This document shows, piece by piece, positions 63,895 through 64,000 of a DNA stretch of 64,000 nucleotides. The position numbers were made by a program, and so were the translations under genes. The stretch's first letter is position 1. Each line of letters starts with the position of its first letter. The DNA comes from Terriglobales bacterium (lineage in GTDB: Bacteria > Acidobacteriota > Terriglobia > Terriglobales > Acidobacteriaceae). Where the stretch lies: positions 46,597 through 110,596 of the forward strand of contig DASRFP010000002.1 in NCBI GenBank assembly GCA_035651475.1, read 5' to 3'. The notes below the pieces were generated by a model. That model had not been told where the DNA came from, did no database searches, and was given only the letters and a program-made list of their open reading frames with translations.

Positions 63895-64000
63895 ACTGCG
63901 ATGGTAGGTACACTGGTGTCGAGCGGCAAGTTACTCACGTAATTGACCTAATGCGACTTCACACTGCTCAAAAACCGAGGATTCCCCTGTGGCTCAAGCT

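Overview
The window looks like a moderately GC-rich chromosome segment. It is probably Acidobacteriota, inferred only from gene content: a VWFA-related N-terminal region, Ser/Thr kinases fused to PD40 propellers, and 'GTCATTCCGAG'-type miniature repeats. It has three parts. (1) 1-26.1 kb is mostly housekeeping and signalling. It holds a partial SAM methyltransferase, a secreted phosphoesterase and a five-gene Opp/Dpp-type peptide ABC importer. The importer is start/stop-coupled to a cluster of ECF sigma factor, TPR-CHAT protease, zinc-finger (anti-sigma-like) protein, secreted subtilase and HD-GYP. After that come small stress or unknown genes, fabF-acpP, a PD40 Ser/Thr kinase, dtd, folP, a dienelactone hydrolase, PBP4 and a PPOX-family protein. 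(2) 26.1-50.2 kb is a phage-derived block, almost all on the minus strand. It has a divergent LexA/CI-like repressor, a small regulatory module, two very large signal-peptide-bearing beta-helix/tail-fibre-like proteins, large terminase, portal, protease, scaffold, major capsid and head-tail/tail proteins. I could not find an integrase, replication genes, a tape measure, lysis genes or att repeats. A 3.3-kb cargo island sits between terminase and portal. It carries a HipA-like kinase, a DUF3037 protein, a decayed GIY-YIG gene and an alpha/beta hydrolase with an in-frame TAG. The intergenic gaps of this block are filled with heptad-periodic palindromes and MITE-like repeats. (3) 50.3-64 kb holds a VWFA-related protein, a Cys-rich EF-hand protein, a TlpA-like thioredoxin, a long TPR protein, a LOG-family protein, thiE, uvrB and a receiver-domain-TonB fusion. 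My best candidates for an undescribed system are the CRISPR-independent ECF sigma/TPR-CHAT module and the kinase/DUF3037 cargo pair inside the integrase-less phage-like element. All functional calls come from reading the translations by eye. No searches were run.
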